A DNA stretch of 64,000 nt from Nemertoderma westbladi (lineage: Eukaryota; Animalia; Xenacoelomorpha): NCBI GenBank assembly GCA_032718475.1, contig JAUCBJ010007945.1:62001-126000 (forward strand). Reading direction: 5' to 3'. Position 1 is the first letter of the stretch, and each line of letters starts with the position of its first letter. The notes beneath the pieces are model-generated. The model was not told the DNA's origin. It searched no databases and saw nothing but the letters and a program-made list of their open reading frames with translations. This document shows positions 62,808 through 64,000 of this stretch, in pieces. Both the position numbers and the translations under genes were made by a program.

Positions 62808-63332
62808 TGTTAGCTTATTCAATCCCGCTAACACCCCATAAAGTTAAGCCGATAAGCAATATTGGGAGCCATGAGATTGGGTAATCATTCACTCGTGCCA
62901 CCCCAATAAGAATGGGAAGGAGAAGCACACAATGAGGGTCAGGGGCCAAACCCCTAACCCAGAGAGAACAGGTGGAGTGAACGGGAACACTCCAAAGGGC
63001 GCCAACAAGGGTATCAACCAATCAGAGGGGGGAAAGGCATCAATTAGGTAGAGTAACAAGGCCAACCGTGCAATATAGCCACTTGGCAGTAATCATATCA
63101 GTTCAGTTATCTCAGTGCAATACTGGTGCTAGTTTAGGTTAGATAGTTTAGCTAGGGAAGGACCGGGACTTTAGTTACCGTATCCCGCCTTCCGTGTACA
63201 ACAATCTATATCTATATCTCTATACCGATCATTATATACAACGAACGACACGAACCCATTTACTCTTCACACACGGCGGGGACGCGTGAACTAACAACGG
63301 ATAAACCGGGATCCCTCCTGGATCCCGTCACA
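62808..63332 (+). repeat. 3' LTR of BEL family B
   Basis: Copy of 50238-50762, preceded by the GGGGGGGAG PPT and followed by TSD ACCGG. Confidence 0.96.
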
Positions 63333-63560
63333 ACCGGATTTAGATATTTTATTGAGAACATACTGGACATGTTGGCGAAATGTTAGTTTACTGTCTATGT
63401 GTAGGCCTAAGTACTTGGAAACTGAAACTTGTTTAATTTGTTTGCCATCAATATGAATTGGGTTTAACTGTCTGAAGTTGCCGTGGAGATTGGAAAAAAT
63501 TGTATATTCTGTTTTTTTGAGGTTGATTGTTAATTTATTTATTTAAATTTATTTAAATGA
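63333..63560 (-). mobile_element. CR1/L2-group LINE RT fragment, proximal half
   Basis: Minus strand NKLTINLKKTEY...IKQVSVSKYLGLHIDSKLTFRQHVQYVLNKISKSG, joining 50005-50237 once the LTR element is removed. Confidence 0.75.
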
Positions 63561-64000
63561 CTCAGGCGACCCTAACACAGAACACAGTATATCCTACCCA
63601 AGGACACTGGAAGAAGTAACAAACCCAAGAAATTACCACGTATGGCAACATGTTAGGACAGGCAACCCCCTGAACCAATCGTACCAGAACAGAAAAAACA
63701 ACCGAATAGCGCCAACTGAAACCTCAAATACCTACAACGAACTAGACATGGACAGCAAGATGGCCACCCTTCTAGAGAAACAAAATGACTTAATAGACGC
63801 AATCAGTACCAACAACAACTACAAAAGTACAAACCATCAGGCCATGATAAACACCAAACCCCTCAAGGTTGCCAACACCGACGTCAACAACACCAAACCC
63901 AAACCAAATAACACCAGATCACCCGCAATTCACACGCATGGGAACAAAGAAAGACGAAAAAACACTAGCGAAGCAATAAAGACGATTGTAGTACTAGGCC

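Larger units (their letters stand above)
50238..63332 (+). mobile_element. Full-length BEL/Pao LTR retrotransposon (family B, 13.1 kb) with accessory exonuclease ORF
   Basis: 525-bp LTRs with TG...CA ends (50238-50762, 62808-63332), 5-bp TSD ACCGG (50233-50237, 63333-63337), G-rich PPT before 62808, domain order gag-PR-RT-RH-IN. Confidence 0.96.

Noticed and set aside
63748-64000. Open frame ending ...TIVVLG at the window edge (possible LINE ORF1 esterase start)
   Set aside because: Truncated by the window, and the next codon does not begin the GDS motif.

Overview
Eukaryotic (animal-like) genomic DNA. It carries the last five coding exons of an axonemal outer-arm dynein heavy chain gene (DNAH5/DNAH8-type, + strand: 1240-1452, 23405-23533, 39023-39149, 43509-43656, 47552-47687). 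Each intron is inflated by its own minisatellite (42, 19, 74, 41 and 18 bp units) and by nested retroelements. Two arrays are amplified copies of the gene's own splice sites: about 97 acceptors before the 43509 exon and about 210 GTGAGT donors after it. Three divergent BEL/Pao LTR retrotransposons are present: full length with LTRs and TSD at 50238-63332, 5'-deleted at 2945-11692, and decayed at 36133-38247. Each carries, in the env position, an ORF with DnaQ/WRN-type 3'-5' exonuclease motifs and a shared YxxxE variant of motif III; the two intact ORFs also have C-terminal CCHC zinc knuckles. This exonuclease-carrying BEL lineage is the best candidate for an undescribed system. Also present are RTE and CR1/L2-group LINEs, a repeat-rich Ulp1-like protease pseudogene and a MITE-like element. 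The giant ORFs in the ORF track are satellite artefacts. All family calls come from motif recognition by eye; no database searches were run.
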